From the human T2T-CHM13v2.0 reference genome, Homo sapiens, in NCBI RefSeq assembly GCF_009914755.1, contig NC_060926.1: a DNA stretch of 64,000 nt. One strand, 5' to 3'. Position 1 is the stretch's first letter. Each line of letters opens with the position of its first letter. Below the pieces are notes generated by a model. The model ran no database searches. It had not been told where the DNA came from and worked only from the letters and a program-made list of their open reading frames with translations. The position numbers were made by a program, and so were the translations under genes. Of this stretch, positions 32,491-47,643 are shown one piece after another.

Positions 32491-33677
32491 GGTTGATTTT
32501 ACTCTTCTTCCTTTATCCAGGGTCTTAAGGTAGTAGGTATTAAGGTAATAGGTAATAAGGTAGTAAGACCCTTTTCCAGGGTCTTAAGGTTAAGTTGTTA
32601 ATTTGGGGTCTGTCCCTCCTCTTTCCTGGGTTGGATTCTTAGATGTATGAAGAGAGGAAGGTGCATGCAGACAAGGGGATTGGGCAAACCAGCAGGTGGG
32701 TGGCCATTCCTCCCAGGCTCTGGCATGCCTGTTCTTCTGTTACTCGATTCTCCCACGCCACTGACAGTGTTTGCCTTTCTCCTGGGATCTCACTGACACT
32801 TTACTAGGAGGTTGGAGTTGCGCTTTCAGATGCTTTCCTCTGCCTGGCTGAAGGCGATCCTGCAGCAACCCGAGCTGCTCTAACCACACGTGGCCTTCCA
32901 GTGCTTGTCTTTCTCTTAACTCAAGGTGTTTTTCTTATTACACACTTTGTATTCTTTTCTTAGAGAACATGACCTGAGCTGCATGATATAAGAAAAAATA
33001 ACAGGTGGGTGGGATGCTCTCTGGAGTTGCTCCGACATAGTAATTGGATGCATTTAACAATGCCACAACATTTTGGAGAGTAGGGCTTCTTCCTGACTTC
33101 TTTTCTTTAGCCTTGTTATCGTTGGCATTGAAAAATAAGGACAGCTGAGTGCTGTATGTGTCTCCCCAAACCCTCTCCTTGTCAAGGGATATTTTCACAG
33201 GGCTCTTCCGTCACAGCAGGACTTCTCAGGATGTGGATCCTGCCGGAGTAAGCATCCTAAAATGGATCTCCACCTCGACATCTATCCCAGAGACTGGGAG
33301 CCCTGGTCTGTGGGCAGCAGGGCCCACTCCTGGCCCCGTCTCCCATGGAGCCAAACCTACTCAAGTGTAACTTGGCAGTCAGGGATAGCTGAAAATCGGA
33401 CCCCTTGTTTTGAAATCCCTGCTGTTTTTGTTGGAGATTAACGGAAGGTGTCAGTTTCTTGGTGATAGCAGGGGTGATGTGGAGGACAGCTCAAGAACCT
33501 TGAAAGGAATCATTGTTCAAAATCTAAGTAAGCAACAACTGCCATTTCCCCCACTGCAGACCTATCTTCTTTTGCATATACACGGTTACCTGGATTGCCC
33601 ATGGGAGCGTCTAGAACAAATTAGGTGATGTTGGGCAGTGTGTGTTGTGGGGAAGTTACATTTGTGGTCTTACTAGC

Positions 33678-34048
33678 TGCATTAATCTGTTCTCATGCTG
33701 CTAATAAAGACATACTTAAGACTGGATAATTTATAAAGGAGAGTTTAATTGACTTACACTTCAGCATGATTGGGGAGGCCTTCGGCAACTTACAGTCATG
33801 GCAGAAGGGAAAGCAAACATGTCCTTTTTCACGTGGTAGCAGGAAAGAGAAGTGCCAAGCAAAAGGGGAAAAGCCCCTCATAAAACCATCAGATCTCGTG
33901 AGAACTCACTATCATGAGAACAACAGCATGGGAGTAACTGCCCCTGTGATTCAATTACCTTCCACTGGGTCCCTCCCACGACACGTGGGGATTATGGGAA
34001 CTACAATTCAAGATGAGATTTGGATAGGGGCACAGCTAAACTATATAG
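33678..34048 (-). mobile_element. THE1 (C/D-like) MaLR LTR
   Basis: 'ttctcatgctgctaataaagacatac...ataaaaccatcagatctcgtgagaactcact...acaattcaagatgagatttgg'. Confidence 0.92.
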
Positions 34049-34087
34049 TAGCCAATCCCAGTTAAGCTGTAGAGTGTGTTCTAGAGA

Positions 34088-34103
34088 CAGCGCCCTCTGG
34101 AGC
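34088..34103 (-). promoter_or_regulatory. CTCF-like motif
   Basis: (-) strand GCTCCAGAGGGCGCTG; motif only. Confidence 0.35.
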
Positions 34104-34829
34104 CTGGGAGAAGGTGCCTATCTTTGTGATTTCCCCCCATGTTGTTCGATCAGACCAAGCACAGTGGGGTTGGACCTCAGGCTCTCGTAGCTGAATTTTG
34201 AGTTTGCAAATTCTGAATTTTTATTCACTTTGATTCAAAGAGTGCACTTAAAGCCCCTGGGCCAGGGCAGGAGGTGGAGGAGGGCTTGTTACAAGTCCAG
34301 GTTAGGGTCGGCTTCTCATGTGGACAGAAGAGCTTGCTACCCTCAGACCCTCTAGATGGGCTGCTCCAGCATGAAGCACAGAAAAAATGGCCACCAAGGC
34401 CAGGCAGTGTCATGGCAGGTGGACCCCCGAGGGCCAGAGAGCCGGGGGGAGAGAGACATGAGGTTCCTGCTGTGTTTGAGAACAGGCAGAAGGAAGCCGA
34501 AGTCACCCTGAGACATTCACTTCTCTCTCTCTCTCCTAGATACTTGTCTCTCCCAAACCAACCAAGGCTGCATTAACCTTTCCTGAAAATAAAAAACAGT
34601 TCTGCTTTTACCATTTGGGGGCCTGAGGCAAGTGTTCAAATAGAGGCCCTCCTGCCAGTCTATTAAATGAAGCTACTAAACTATTAAATAGAATATGTCT
34701 GCTCCTCTCACCTTCCTCTCTGCTCAGTAGTATGTCTCTTACCACCTGGAGGCTGGGTCTACTTACTGCCTTTCCTGCCACAAGACCTTGTCTTGTGCCC
34801 AGAGGGCCTCAGGCACGTGCGTGTGGACA

Positions 34830-35520
34830 CCACATTCCCATCCACTAGAATGGCAAACATTACAAAGACTGTTTAAAGTGTTGTCAAGGACGTGAAGCAA
34901 TTGAAACCCTTAGACACTGCCGGTGGGGATGCAAAATGGCACAGTCGCTTTGGAAAACAGTATGGCAATTTCTAATGAGGTCCCACATGCAGCCACCATG
35001 TGATCCAGCAATCCCACTCCTAGGCATGTACCCAGGAGAAACACAAACTTATGGACACAAAAACTTGTACGTGAATGTATATGGCAGCTTTCATCATAAT
35101 ATCTGGATACAGTTAAAACTGGATACAGCCTAAATGTGCCTCACCTGAGGAACAGATGAGCATCCCGTGGTATATCCACACAAGGCAGCACCACTCCCTC
35201 AGCAATAAAAAAAGAACAAACTACTGACCCATGGAACAACACGAGGGCATCTCCAATGCTTTGTGCTAAGCAAAAGAAGCCAGATCCCAAAGCTATACTG
35301 TATGTTGTTTAATTCCATTTATATGACATTTTGGAAATGGCGGAACTATAGGAGCAGAGAGCGGGTTAGTGGTTAGCAGCAGTAAAGGGCAGAGGAGGGA
35401 ATATTTTGGGTGATAAAACTGCTCCATCTTGACTGTGGTGGTGGGTTCATCAGTGTGCACTTGTTAAAACACCACAAAGAATGAATTTTACTGTATGTTA
35501 ATTGAATATACTAAAAAATA
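34830..35520 (+). mobile_element. Old L1 (L1MC/MD/ME) 3' end
   Basis: ORF2 C-terminus-like 'AQSLWKTVWQFL...DPAIPLLGMYP' followed by 3'UTR. Confidence 0.8.
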
Positions 35521-35529
35521 TCAGATTGC

Positions 35530-35985
35530 TCTTTGGATAAAATCCAAAATCAGCTGCTTGGCTGCCCCAGGTGCTCACCAGTGACTCGGCCTGCCAGCCT
35601 CACCTGCATTTCTTTCTGTTCCTCTCCAGCCACTCCAGGCCTCAGGGCCTTTGCACATGCTGCTTGGTCTACCTGGCTGACCTCTGCTACCCTCCATTCT
35701 ACAGTATGGGCCCACTTCCAGCCATTCTATACACACCTTGGTGTTCTCAGATCAGCACCTGCCAAGCCAGGTCAGAGCAACCTCCTATTGCTCCCTTAGC
35801 CTCTGTGTTTCTCCTCTGTGTCCTGATTACACAGGTGATGAACTCTTCAATGCTGGACTCCCTCTACAGCCTAAGCGCCATGAGGACAGGGATGGCATTT
35901 TTCTTTCCCACCACCGAACCTGGCTTTCAGGGTGGCTTGCACAAACTCCATGCTCAGTAAATGTTTGCCAGAGGGATGGACTGAT
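35530..35985 (+). mobile_element. L2 3' fragment
   Basis: 'ctcagggcctttgcacatgctg', 'gctcagtaaatgtttg'. Confidence 0.65.
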
Positions 35986-36819
35986 GACTCCATCACTTTA
36001 TAGATAAAGGTCCTCCAAGGCCTGTCGACAGAGCCAGGATGATCCCCCCGTCTCCAGGCCCGCTTCCCATGGGCTTTTCCTCTTGCACAGCTGCCTTTCC
36101 AAGGAAGGGACATGGAATGAGAGTCCTGCCTGATCAGAAGGGGCTACAGCCCTTAGGAGCTAGAGGTAAAAAAGGATGGAGACTTCAACCGTTTCAAGAG
36201 CTTCCCCACACAGAGCTGAGCACTACAGTCTGGACTTCAAGAAGTTCAAACAAAGGAATTCCAGAAGTGCATAATTGCAGGCTTGGACTCCACATGAAAA
36301 AGAACAGAGGCAGGGTGGAATTCAGATTCACAGGAGGGAAAATGGAGCTCCAGAGACATTAACAGACTATTGACAGAGCTCCTATGGGGAAACCTTGGTG
36401 TCCACATACCCAGCACTGTGGAAGTATGCAGCTGTGGGTTCACACCAATCTGCCTTTCCCTAAGCTGAGCCAGGGACCCACGTGGCTCATTTGGCCCAGG
36501 AAGAGAATCCGGGGGAGGCCACAGAACAAAGCAAAATTAACCAGCCTCAAAATTACATCACCAACCCAGGGTTCTAGCAATCGAGATAAGCAAATGACCA
36601 CATTCAGGCAAAACCCATACCAAATGAGTGGCAAATCCCCACTTAACAGATGAGAACACTGAGACTTAGGCAAAGTGACTTGCTCAGGGTCACACCGCTG
36701 GTCGGTAGCTGAGCCAGGCTGGAACCAGGTCTCCTGGGTTCACTTCAGCATGGCCTTGTCTACCGCGGGTACCAGGATCTGCCTGGTGTGGCTACAGCTG
36801 CTGACCACCAGCATGGCCA

Positions 36820-37390
36820 ACAAGCCACCCTTTGTAATAAGCCACCCCAAAACTCAGTGGCTCCCAATGACAATCAGTTATTTCTTGTGGTCATAGGGCT
36901 TGACGGGGCTTAGCTGGACAGCTCTCACTTTAAGCATCTCACTGCAGGTGCAGTCCAATGGGACTACCTAAAGGCTTGACTGGGCTGGACGTCCAGTGTG
37001 GTGCCTCCACATGGCTGCCAGTTGACTTTGGCTGTCAGCTGAGAGCTCCACTGGGGCCATCGTGTGACCTCTCCACGTGGCATAGGCCTCTCACAGCATG
37101 GTAGATGTGCACTGAGAGGAAATGCCACCAGAAGTCAGTATTCTAAGAAGCAGGAAGTGGAAATGGCCAGATCAGGTAAGGGCTATGCCAGGGACGGCCG
37201 GACATCCTCTCTGCTGCATGCGAGTGGTTAAAACAGCCCCAGGACCAGCCCAGGGCCAGGTAAGAGGAAATACATTCCACCCCTTCACTGGGTGAGGGAG
37301 AAAGCCAACTTCCAAAGAACCTACGTGATGAACAATGATGGACAACAGTGTTGTGGCTGTCTCTGGGAAAATACAATCTACCACCATAGC
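36820..37390 (-). mobile_element. MLT1-family MaLR LTR
   Basis: 'ccaccccaaaactcagtggct...cttagctggacagctct...ggctgtcagctgagagctc...ctctccacgtgg'. Confidence 0.65.
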
Positions 37391-38282
37391 CATGGCAACC
37401 AGACCAGGCAATCCCTGTGACTGGACCCTTAGGAGAAAGCGTAGAGCTCCTACCAAGTGCCCTAGAAAGGACAAGCCAGGCCCACGTGCCAGCCAGGCTG
37501 GGAGCAGCTGCTGTGGCGAGTGGAAAAGCCATACTCTGGGAGCAGGAGACGCCCCTAGAGGCCTGACCCCGCCCAGCGCTTGCTCTCTTGGGGCCTCAGA
37601 TCCTCGTCTGAAATGGGGGACCAGACCACACAGAGACCCCTCTGGGGACATTCGGTGATTCTGCTGAGTCAATGGACTAATTGCTCATGCAGACACAGCC
37701 ACCAGCCCATCACACAGTGGGTCAGCAGTATCTTCCAAGCCACTGATTTGAGTGGATATTGAAGGAGGCCATGAAGCCCTCAGTAAAACTGACGTCCCAG
37801 TCAAAGGCCTGACCTCGAAGCCTAGGGCATGTGTGAGTGGAGGCTCTCTACGTCTGCTGCAGAAAGGGGGAGAAGGGAGAGGTGAGTAAGGGTTGGGGGT
37901 CCTGGGGGAGCAGATCTCAGGCCGGGCAGTTCTGGCTAACGTGCAGAGCAGGAGAGCAGTGGGGCTGCATGTGAAGTGTTAATGATTTCCTCAACTGCCG
38001 TGGGGGAAGCAGAGGGGCCAGAGCCCAGGCCTCAGCAGATAAGTGGCTTGGCGTGGTGTTAAGTCCTGTATTTAACAGCTTGATTAATGGGCTGGAGGAG
38101 AGTGACTCAGCTAATGAAATGTGCAGGTGGCTGCTGGCGGGTTGGGGACGCTCATGCAACAACGGACATGGAGACCTCAAACACCGGGTATGCCGGAATG
38201 CCCTGCACAGACGGCACTCTCCAGTGTGAAGACGACAAAGCCAGCCTCTGGATTTTGTGTGTGTGTGTGTGTTTTATTTTTT

Positions 38283-38883
38283 AAAAATTATTTTACTTTT
38301 TCATAAGTTATTGGAATACAGTTGGTGTTTGGTTACATGAGTACGTTCTTTAGCGGTGATTTGTGAGATCTTGGTGCACCCATCACCCGAGCAGCGTCCA
38401 CTGCACCATATATGTTGTCTTTTATCCCTCGCCCCCCTCTCACCCTTCCCGCCAAGTCCCCAAAGTCCATTGTATCATTCTTATGCCTTGTGTCCTCATA
38501 GCTTAGCTCCCACATATCAATGAGAACATACGATGTTTGGTTTTCTATTCTTGAGTTACTTCCCTTAGAACAATAGTCTCGAGTCTCATCCTGGTCATTT
38601 CAAATGCTGTTAATTCATTCCTTTTTATGGCTGAGTAGTATTCCACTGTGTATATATACCACAGTTTCTTTATTCACTCGTTGATTGATGGCATTTGGGG
38701 TGGTTCCACGATTTTGCCATTGTGAATTGTGCTGCTGTAAACATGCGTGTGTATCTTTTTCAAATAATGACTTCTTTTCCTCTGGGTAGGTACCCGGTAG
38801 TGGGATTGCTGGATCAAATGATAGATTTACTTTTAGTTCTTTAAGCAATCTCCACGCTGTTTTCCATAGCGGCTGTACTAGTG
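38283..38883 (-). mobile_element. L1PB-like 3' fragment
   Basis: 'ggtgtttggttacatgagtacgttctttagcggtgatttgtgagatcttggtgcacccatcacccgagcag'; ORF 38615-38890 resembles the ORF2p C-terminus. Confidence 0.88.
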
Positions 38884-41739
38884 TGTTCATTCAGGAAGGT
38901 TTTAATGAGCACTTAGGATGGTCTGTGCTTCCCAGGAGATGGCTGGAGCAAGGCGTGGTGAGATATGGTCCCAGATTTCCAGAAGCTCACAGACTAGTGA
39001 GCATATCTCAAACTAAAAATACTGGAAAACAACTGCCTTGTAATTAAAAGTGCTTTTCCAAAAGATGTCAAAGAATTTCAGAGACTTGCACAATCCCAGG
39101 TGCAGGGAGGAGAAGCTTCGGTCCAGCCTGTCCATGGGTTCGCTGAAGGCGTCTGATGATTGAACTAAGAGCAGAAGGAGCTTCTCCTTATCCGCATCAG
39201 GGTGGTGCTGTTCTCAGACTGATGCTCGCAGGCCCCCAGGTCCTGGCCTCGGAGCCCCTGGGAGTCTGCACCACCTTTCATAGCCTGATTGGTTGCCTAG
39301 ACCTCGAGACTCTGTTCTGCGCTATGGTCATGCGCTTCCCCCTTTGCCCTTCCGCCACCCTCCCACTTTGGGCTCCAGTCTCATCTCAACAAAGAAATAG
39401 CCCCTGTTGGCCTCCCTACTGCGGCGCTTCCCTGGGCACACTGCTGTCCACCTCGCCTCCTGCTCTAAGGTGCCATGTGTCTCCCCGTGACTGTGGGACC
39501 TCGGAGTGCCACCCTCCATCATTGCCCACACTTCCGCCTTCCCACCCACCCTCCCAGCACAACCCAAAGCTCGCCCAAACTCACTTCCTTCCTTACTGTG
39601 CGGGGCACACCCTTCGGGGGGTCCTCACTCTGCTGCCTGCTGTCCAGGCTCCTTCAGGATCCCACGCCAATTCCAGCTCCTTTCTGAATCATGGCTGATG
39701 TTCACAGCAGTGAGGAACCCTGGTTACCTAAGGGACAGGAATGCCAGCAAGGCTCCCAGAGCAGCCCCTGGGAGGGAGGGACTCGGAGCGAGACGCACCA
39801 GGCTCAGCCCCCGGGATCCCATAAGGAAGGAAGCGGGCTGATCTGGGTCCAGATGAGGAAGGACCCGCTGCTGAGTTTTGCAGGGGGTCTTTCTGAGAGA
39901 AGAGGGGAGCACGCCCTGCTCTCAACAGTCCAAATGAGCTGAGACGATGATGGTGAGGAGGGCTCCCAGGTCCCAGGCATGGCTCAGAGATGCTCTGTGT
40001 CTGCACCGTGATGCCGCGTCCCGAGGAGGAAGGGACTGGCACTTTCCTTATTTTACAGTCAATTAGGGTAGGCAGGAAGGGGAGGAGCCTATGCTGGCCA
40101 CATCAATGACACTTAGTGGGGACCCTGCAGCCAGACACCAGGGTCCAGGCTCATGGCCTGAGCGTGTGGAGTGACATGAAATGCACTGGGGTGGGAGTTA
40201 AGGGGGCCTGGGCTCTATTGCTGCGAGCCATGCCACGGAGGAAATCATGGAAACCAACGGTCCAGGCAGACCTGGTGTCTCATCTTCCCACCATCCTCCA
40301 AGCCCACTGCCCAGTGCTGCTGCACCTCCTCTCCTTTCCCCACACACCTGCTCCCGCTGGGCACTGTTTGCCACACCTGTTCTATCGCACCAGTGTCCTC
40401 TGTGGCCTGAAGTCTGGTCCTGCCCCTCCAGCCTGTGCCCCCCACTGTGGCCAAATGATTCTTCCAAAGGAACGATTTGTCCTGTCCCTGCCTTCCCCTT
40501 CATGCGCCTTCCCAGTGCCCCCAGGATGACAGTGAGACCTTCTGATGGCTCCAGGTCCCCTGCAGCCTCCTCTCTCACTGCCTCTCCCTGCCCTGATGCT
40601 GCCTGAGCCAGGCTAAGTTCCCCACGCTCCTGAAACAGGGCCCTGGCTGTTTTGCTGCCTGCTGCGTCCCTGAGCATGTAGGCCTGGCTGGTCAGCACTC
40701 GCTCCCCACCCCTCCTCCCTCTGAAGCCAGCTTTTCTCATCCCTCTGATCTCAGGTGAGCTCTTGATTCCTCTAGAAAACCTTCCCTCACCCCCAAGACT
40801 GGCTGAGGCGTCTCTGCTCATCCTCCATGGTGCCTGGCACTGCCTCGGGATTGAGTCTGCAAGCCAGGCTCAGATGCAGCTCTATCCATGCACAGCCCAG
40901 GTGAGGGCTCCATCCACACTCCAGGGAACCCCTGTGCTCCCTCCTGTCTGCTTTGCCAATGCAATTCCACCAGTAATCATGGCCCATCTGCCAGGCACTG
41001 GAGTGGTGCTCAGAGTCACTGGCATGCAGAGATGACAAAGGCCCTTCCTGACCTGGGGGAGAGGAGCTGACTTGGAGAAGGCAGGACATGGTGGGAATCA
41101 CAGACGTGACCCACACCCTGTGAGCTCCAGCCTGCCCTCCTGGGTGTCCGCAGAGCCTCTGCTGGTACCACTGCCCACCAGAGAGCTCCTCCAAGGCCAC
41201 ACTGTGAGAGATCAGGGAAGGTCTCGGCTGGGTTCCCTGTTACTTTGGGAAAGGACAGATTGTAAAGCAATGCATGAAGTTGCTCATCCTCAGTGAGCAC
41301 TTCTCAGCTACAGTGGAGCAGGGCAAAGGACACTGAGTCAGGAGCTGAGAGGGCAGATTCTTCCTGGTCCTGCCCCGTATGTTATGACCTTTAGCTTTGT
41401 CCCCTCGTCTCGGTCTACGAGACCAAGGCAGGAAGCACCAGGCCTTTCTGAGAGTGAGGACTTTGCTCCTCTCCAGGCCCCAGCCCCACGCTTTCCCACA
41501 AGCGCTTGCAAGGCCATTGCTCTGGTCATACGGCGTGGACATCTGCCGCACCCCGTAAAGCAGCAGCACTTGTCAATCACCCAGACATCACTCCGTAAAT
41601 CTGCACGATGGCTCGGCGAGTTGTGAGGGGACGGCAGCTTTACGAGGTGCCACCTCTGTGACTAATGGGGCCAGGAGGCTGTGCAGGCGGGAACGGGGGG
41701 TTGGAGGATGAGAGAACAAACACTGGTGTGAGTGCATGC

Positions 41740-42330
41740 TCACACATCATATATACACATGCATACACACACATATACACATGCACAGTGCACACACACA
41801 TATGTACCTACACAGTCTCATGCACACACATACATACACACATATGCATACATACATATGCATATACATACACACATATACACATGCATATGCATATACA
41901 TGCACATACTTATATATGTATGCACACATATATACACACATGCACACACATACACATGTACACACACGTGTGTACCTACACATTCACATGCACACATACA
42001 TACACACATATGCATACATACATATGCATATACACATATACACATGCACACACATATACACATGTACACACATATCTACACATGCACAATGCACACACAC
42101 GTGTACCTACACATTCACATGCAAACACATACATACACACATATGCATACATACATATGCATATACATACACATACATATACACACATACACACATACAC
42201 ATACATATGCATGTACACGCACATATTTTTATATATGCATACATACATATATACTCATACACACACATGCACAGACACACACACATATACACACACACTC
42301 GTGTATACATACATATACACACATACACAC
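41740..42330. repeat. ~590-bp alternating purine-pyrimidine (CA/TA/CATG) tract
   Basis: Seen directly; repeated block 'gtgtacctacacattcacatgca' at ~41969 and ~42101. Confidence 0.96.
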
Positions 42331-42749
42331 CCATGGGATTTCAGGCCTTGCCAGATTATGCCAGGGACATTGAATGCATTTCCTTTCAGAATTTACTTCC
42401 TGGGCTATGTCTAACCAGTGCTGGAATAGACAATTAAAAAGTGGAGAAACGTAACCGGAAATCCAGACATTTGCCTTTGCATTGATGACACGCCCACTGT
42501 GCATTATTTTCTCTATGTTGGAATTTTGTTTTAGGTATTTGGGCATTGAATAGATACACTTTGAAAAAATCTATTAGACATAGCTCATAATAAGAAAGCA
42601 GAGGAAAAGGAGTGGGCGTCCCTTTTACTGAGCACATACTATGTGTCAGAACCCCACCCCACCATTGTTTTACATTTGTCATGTCTTTTAATATTCACAG
42701 CTACTCTCTGGAAGAGACACTGTTTCCCACATTTTCCAAGTGAAAAGAA

Positions 42750-42818
42750 TGAGGTTTATAGCATTATGAGGTTTATAGCATTATGAGGTTTATAGCATTC
42801 TGAGAATGAGGTTTATAG
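42750..42818. repeat. 17-bp tandem repeat (tgaggtttatagcatta), ~3.5 copies
   Basis: Seen directly, inside a MIR-like remnant. Confidence 0.9.
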
Positions 42819-44299
42819 CCCGCCAACTTCAGGCTGCTGGGTACCACTGACCCTCTACTGATTCATGCCCTTCATTTCACTGATGATGAAGGCCAGAGTG
42901 ATAGTCCTTCAGGCCACATGTTGGCTCATTTCTCCATAATCTTGAACTTGACAATTGTGTACCCACTTGTTTTATCACAAAATTGAGAAGAATTTATTTT
43001 ATTCATTTATTTCTTTATCTTATCATTCTTTTATTAAACATCTGATGAGTATCTTCAATGAGGAGTTTTGGGTTGAGGTATGGGGAAGTCCCCAAGCTGG
43101 AATCTCCCAGCTTCAATGCTGTAAACTATAAAAATTAAAGAAGTTGAATAGATACCATGAATTGACAGCACCTCCAACTAAAATTAACTGTTGTCAAGAG
43201 AAGGATTTTAAAGAGTTATACATTTTCATCATAATTCATATCCTTTGTAAATACTGATTACATTTTGAAGGGATTTGTTAAGCATGTAGCCAAGTTTCAG
43301 GGGCAGTTTAATAAACACCTGTTACAACAGTAGGATGTACTAGAGCAAGCACAGACACTGGCATCAGCAAGCAAGTTTGGCTCCAGCCCTGCCACTGCCA
43401 TCAGTATGGATTCAGCAAGTGGCAGGGACTCATCCTTTTGCACACAGTGGGCAGCCATTCTCTTACAGCCTGGTATTCAGGCAATATTTGGAGGCCACTG
43501 TCTGCAAGAGAGAGGATGCTGGCAAGAGTAAGGAGGGCATCAAACAATTCTTCTGGGAACAGAAGGAAAGTAATGGGCTGAAGGATATAACCAGAAGGCG
43601 GGGGGCGCCGTTAGGAGGATTTTGAATCCAGTCATGCAACGGGGCATGAGGTTGTGGAACAGCAGAGACAGAGGAAGAGTGGGGACAGGTAGACAAGGGG
43701 GAAACACCAATACGAGTTCAACTCCAAATGTGTGAGAGGGGCAAGGAAAAGTCAAGGATGACTCCCAGACGCTGATCTTGGTTGATAAGGTGAAGGAAGA
43801 GTGGACTCTTTCTTGAAAAGAGGGAAAAATGAGGGAAAAGAATGTGGTCACAGAAACCAAGGAAGGAGGCATGCTCAGAAGGGGAAAAATGAACCACATT
43901 GCCAATATCATACCTAGAAGCAAAATTTTAGAAATACTGAAACATGGAAGCAGTGATTCTTCTATTCCTTATCATGTTTGGAGAAATCTCCACTGCGGAA
44001 CACCTAAAACGCTGGATACAGTATAGAAAGAAAACATCTCCTATGCATGGCTGGGTTAGTGGGGAAGTATGGGAAATTGTCTGATCCTGAAACAAGGAAG
44101 CATGAATCTGGAGGGGTGATCCAGCAGCTGAAAACGGACCTTTGCTGGGGACATCTGCCAACCCCTGGTGACCTAGATCCTAGATTTAATAGGCCACTTG
44201 CTTAGGGACAGAGCACAAACCTGGGCGCCTGAGCCAAGTAGCAAGTCAAATTGGAGAATCTCAAATAAGGCCAGAATCCTTAAAATGTGATACTTCAAA

Positions 44300-46532
<2,233 letters not shown>

Positions 46533-46599
46533 TCACTTTTTACTGCAATACTCAATTTACTGGAGAGATGAACTGCTCAGGTGGAGGTGATTAGGGGCA

Positions 46600-46978
46600 C
46601 ACTGGTTTTCCACAGATTCAATACTTGAACTCACCAATGTCAAAAAGAGGTGGCTACAGAATTATTCCAGTAGTGGAGTATGTACTTCAGTTTGTCAGTG
46701 TTTGAGTGCATCAATTTTGATAAATTTTAACTTTTATAGTAGGTTTGTGTATATTTTATGGTAGGAAATGATAAAACAGACTAGTACTTACATATATTTT
46801 GTGCATTCATGACGTATCTTTTTCTTACTTTTTTCACTCTTTCTAGGCTACACAGTTCACCTGTGTTTTTTCAAATTGTGGAAAATCTCCAAAAATGTTT
46901 CCAGTATATTTATTGAAAAAAATCTGCATATATGTGGACCCATGCAGTTGAAACCCATGTTGTTCAAGGGTCAGCTGT
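46600..46978 (-). mobile_element. Tigger2-family (TcMar) end fragment
   Basis: (-) strand 'cagctgacccttgaacaacatgggtttcaactgcatgggtccac...gcagattttttt caataaata' matches the recalled TIR. Confidence 0.75.
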
Positions 46979-46991
46979 GTGTCACTGATAG

Positions 46992-47313
<322 letters not shown>

Positions 47314-47326
47314 CGATAGACCAACT

Positions 47327-47643
47327 TTTCTTTTTCTTTTCTTTCTTTTTTTTTTTGAGACAGAGTCTCACCCTGTTGCCCAGGCTGGAGTGCAATGGTG
47401 CGATCTCGGCTCATGGCTCACTGCAACCCCCGCCTTCTGGGTTCAAACGATTCTCCTGCCTCAGCCTCCCAAGTAGGTAGGATAACAGGCGCCCACCACC
47501 ATGCCCAGCTAATTTTTGTATTTTTAGTGGAGACAGGGTTTCACCATGTTGGCCAGGCTGGTCTCAAACTCCTGACATTGTGATCCACCTGCCTCAGCCT
47601 CCCAAAGTGGTGGGATTACAGGCGTGAGCCACTGCGCCCGGCC
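47327..47643 (-). mobile_element. AluS in tandem with the previous Alu
   Basis: Antisense dimer; TSD tagaccaact at 47317 and 47645. Confidence 0.93.

Noticed and set aside
39156-41300. Cluster of overlapping 100-200 aa Pro/Ser/Gly-rich ORFs (similar cluster at 59186-60238)
   Set aside because: GC-rich and L2-derived sequence open on both strands; no homology or exon structure recognised.
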